The position numbers were made by a program, and so were the translations under genes. From a virus: a stretch of DNA of 64,000 bases. This document shows positions 61,369 to 64,000 of this stretch, piece by piece. Below the pieces are notes generated by a model, which worked only from the letters and a program-made list of their open reading frames with translations, did no database searches and was not told the DNA's origin. Every line of letters starts with the position of its first letter. Position 1 is the first letter of the stretch. The DNA lies in the IMG/VR virus record IMGVR_UViG_3300045988_147738, positions 38,432 through 102,431 of that record; one strand, given 5' to 3'.

Positions 61369-63114
61369 TTAAAAATAATAATTTGCCCTATCTACAATTT
61401 CGTAATCTTTAATCATAACTTGAGGACTAATTTTATTATTCCAAATATTTCGTTCGCATTCACCAACGATATTAATTGTCACATAACCTAATTCAGAATA
61501 TAGTTTATCATATTCCTCTTCAGACGACCTAAACTTCATAAAATTGATGCCGTTAGGCAACATTATCTTTAGAGTAGGATTTTTATCTGGCGATAGAATA
61601 CGTATATTGTCCTTGTGGACTTTAATACCTTCTACAGCAATTTCAGCTTCTTCTACTCCTTGACCCCATAAGCTTTTCATTCCTGCGATGTCAATAACTT
61701 CATCAGGAGTTAGCTCATCTGATTTGTAGATAAAATCTACATTATAGATTGGGGTGAAATCAAAACCATCTAGAGCAGAATTTGTAGATGCAATAAATGC
61801 GCTAATATCTTCATCTTTAATGCCAATACCAAATGCATTAGCATGACCTTCAGCATACATAACGTATTTATTATTTTCTAAAAATCCTCTAAAATCTTTC
61901 AATCGAGATTTGTCGTATCCTCTACCAGACCCTTCCCAAGTTATTGTACCATCTTCATTTTCAATTTTATTTAAGATTAAAACAGGTCTTTGATATTCAC
62001 TCATTAATTGATTTGCTATTAATCCAGTTAGGTTGCGGTCAGTAATCAAATCATCTAATTGAACGATTAAGATTTTATTACTCAATAAATTTTGATTTAC
62101 TATTATCTATTCAATTCTTTCTAAGCTATTGTCTCGAATTTTGGTTTGTCTACTTTTAATATTGGTACAATTTCGACAAGCTTGTTCTACTCTCGTCTCT
62201 GCTTGACCTTTACATCCACGTTTCGTTGATGGGACAAGTTCGTATCCCCGAAAATCAAGCATTGATTCAAATAGCATGAGCTTTTCTTCTTGCGTTCCGA
62301 CGCGAGTTGTCGCGTTAATTAATGGAGCAATATAAAAAGCTACTCCAATAGGTGTAATCTCATTTGTAAAATGAAATTGGTCTTTATCAATCGCACCTCT
62401 GAAGTAAGGATTGCGGATTTGTTGAAGTCCTTTATCTATTAATCTTCTTGTTTCAAAATCTCGCACATCCATCATGTCGGCCACCAATCCAAGAGCCACT
62501 AAATCTAAAAACTTCTATGCATGGTCAGTTTTTAATAATATATCAATATAGCAACAAAATTTCCAGACCATTGCTACACCAGATAATGATTTAGTGGGAT
62601 AATCACATAACTAATTATTAATTATACAAGCATACTCAGAAATGTGATCGGCTTCATGGTGGTCTATTACCAACACGTCAACTCCACTCAAATTTAAATA
62701 TTCATGTACTTCATAATCATTTGAACTTGAATCTGGAGCAATTACTAATTTAACATCTTCCGGAATTGTATCTGGAATGATGCCGTGCTGTTTTCCCATA
62801 TGGACACGATAAGAAATGTTATTATTCACAAAACTGGGAAATAGACAATATAAGTAATTCATTAATAATGCAGCGGAAGTATATCCATCACAATCACTAT
62901 CTACCTATATCAGAACTTTGTCATTTTGTGAAATATGTTTAATAAGCATTTTAGCGCCTTCATCCAAGTGCGGTATTAACCGAGGGTCTAAAATGTCATT
63001 ATCAGTAGTGTTTAAATAATGATTAATCTAATCGTAGGGTATTCCACGATTTACTAGCACTTGTTCTACCGGTGTATATATCGGGAACTCGGGTGCTCTT
63101 AGGCGGTATTCCAT
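61369..63114 (-). CDS. DHH/DHHA1 RecJ-like phosphoesterase or nuclease, 581 aa. Joins ORF-track fragments 62611-62862, 62107-62499 and 61369-62085 plus an unlisted N-terminus through 5 TAGs.
   Basis: Motif I VDSDCDGYTS, DHH motif VLVIDHHE, DHHA1 YAEGHANAFGIG. GGAGGG RBS, ATG at about 63114. All joins were hand-checked as in frame. Confidence 0.7.
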
Positions 63115-63186
63115 AGAATAGTCACCCTCCTTTCATTAAATCACTACCTATATATTTTAATTTTTTTATTAAATTTATTATTTATA

Positions 63187-63498
63187 TCAGTCCTTTTCTG
63201 GATAATAATATTCAAACCCATGATAAGGAAAATCAGTGGTACAAGGTTTAATAATAGTATCAACAATATCATCAGCAATTTCACGATCAATATAAGAAAT
63301 ATTACATTTATATCCTCGACTATTAGTATTACCTCGTATAGCTCTCCAATTATCTCCATTTTCATAAGTAATTGTATATTCATTTTTAGTTTTAACTATT
63401 TGAATAGGGCTAATATGGAGATATTCATATTTTAGTGCTATCTAATCTAATTTATTTACTGCTGAAATCCAACGATTACCCCAAACGATACCTTTCAT
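63187..63498 (-). CDS. Hypothetical protein, 103 aa, one TAG
   Basis: GGAGAA RBS. Coherent hand translation. The ORF-track entries in this region (63144-63383 and 63220-63435) are low-complexity artefacts in other frames. Confidence 0.45.
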
Positions 63499-63652
63499 AG
63501 TGTGATTCTCCTTTTATTACTTTTCCACAGTTGGGACATTTATCATATTCTTCTTTAAAACTTTTATAACATAATGGACATTGATATCTTATATCTGGGA
63601 ATGGATCTAAATCTGCGGCTGCATTATATTTATTCCAATGTAATTCATTCAT
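63476..63652 (-). CDS. Small zinc-ribbon protein, 58 aa
   Basis: CPLC...CPNC. Its ATG overlaps the primase TAA. Its 3' end overlaps the next gene's start. Confidence 0.4.
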   Translation of the reverse strand: MNELHWNKYNAAADLDPFPDIRYQCPLCYKSFKEEYDKCPNCGKVIKGESHYERYRLG

Positions 63653-64000
63653 TATATTATAATCCTTTCTTTAAATAATTTCAAGAAAATATCTTTACCA
63701 TCATCGATTGGTGAATCCTTATAGCCAAGCAATCCTATTTTATCAAACATAAATGATATTGTAGCATAATTTTTAAATTTACTTCTTGCTTTTAATAAAT
63801 TTAATTTAAGATGTTTAAATTCATCATCACCAAGTTCTTTAAACTGTCTATCGAATGCAATAATAATTTCTTCAACTCCACAGTCTAATAATAATTGAAC
63901 TTGATGGCTAGATAAATTACTCCCGCAACAGGCCACAGATATATCATTATTAAGACCAAAATAAGTTTTATATTTTAAAACAGATTTTTCTCCCTCAAAT
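63652..64000 (-). CDS. DnaG-type primase, C-terminal Toprim region (partial, continues beyond the window)
   Basis: ...VEEIIIAFDRQFKELGDDEF... is a Toprim-like acidic motif. The frame stays open to the window edge. Confidence 0.5.
   Translation of the reverse strand, partial: FEGEKSVLKYKTYFGLNNDISVACCGSNLSSHQVQLLLDCGVEEIIIAFDRQFKELGDDEFKHLKLNLLKARSKFKNYATISFMFDKIGLLGYKDSPIDDGKDIFLKLFKERIII

Noticed and set aside
1-64000. CRISPR arrays, tRNA or rRNA genes, integrase or transposase, IS elements
   Set aside because: No regularly spaced direct repeats, no tRNA-like cloverleaf candidates in the intergenic regions inspected (21135-21250, 23849-23990, 40824-40969, 46243-46490, 48773-49392), and no recombinase motifs. 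The suppressor tRNA expected for TAG decoding is not in this window.

Overview
This AT-rich window has the layout of a large tailed-phage genome (virion or prophage) from a low-GC Gram-positive-type host. Evidence for the host type: AGGAGG-like ribosome-binding sites, lipoprotein lipobox signals, BspA-type LRR and Listeria-Bacteroides repeats, and an anaerobic nrdDG pair. The dominant signal is genetic-code recoding. TAG is used as a sense codon throughout; by context it is most likely Gln, as in translation table 15. TAA and TGA are the real stops, and TGG still encodes Trp. The supplied ORF track treats TAG as a stop, so nearly every late gene on the + strand is shattered into pieces. Read with TAG as sense, the + strand from 1 to about 45.4 kb is one co-oriented structural and late module. 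It starts inside a tape-measure protein of at least 1583 aa. A run of very large tail, baseplate and fibre proteins follows, including single ORFs of 2368 aa and 2724 aa. The module also contains tail fibres and a protein with Listeria-Bacteroides repeats. Every gene in it ends in TAA or TGA, and the next gene follows with an RBS plus ATG, sometimes through an ATGA overlap. Embedded in the module is a three-gene cassette under a near-consensus sigma70 promoter. It encodes a Cys-rich CxxxC-repeat protein, a small partner protein, and a radical-SAM/SPASM maturase. The 3' third of the window (45.4 to 64 kb, mostly the - strand) holds lysis-associated, nucleotide-metabolism and replication genes: nucleoside 2-deoxyribosyltransferase-like protein, holin-like protein, RuvC-like resolvase, dUTPase, NrdG, NrdD, a P-loop dNMP/guanylate-kinase-like protein, DNA polymerase III alpha, SF1 Dda/RecD-like helicase, SLT-like lipoprotein, DHH/DHHA1 RecJ-like nuclease, and DnaG-type primase (partial). 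These genes contain few or no TAG codons. The exceptions are kinase, helicase, NrdG and RecJ-like, which are each interrupted by 1 to 5 in-frame TAGs that split conserved domains. No tRNA, rRNA, CRISPR array, integrase or transposase was recognised in the window. All coordinates derived by hand are expected to be within a few nt. Functional names for structural proteins are inferred from position and motifs, not from searches.
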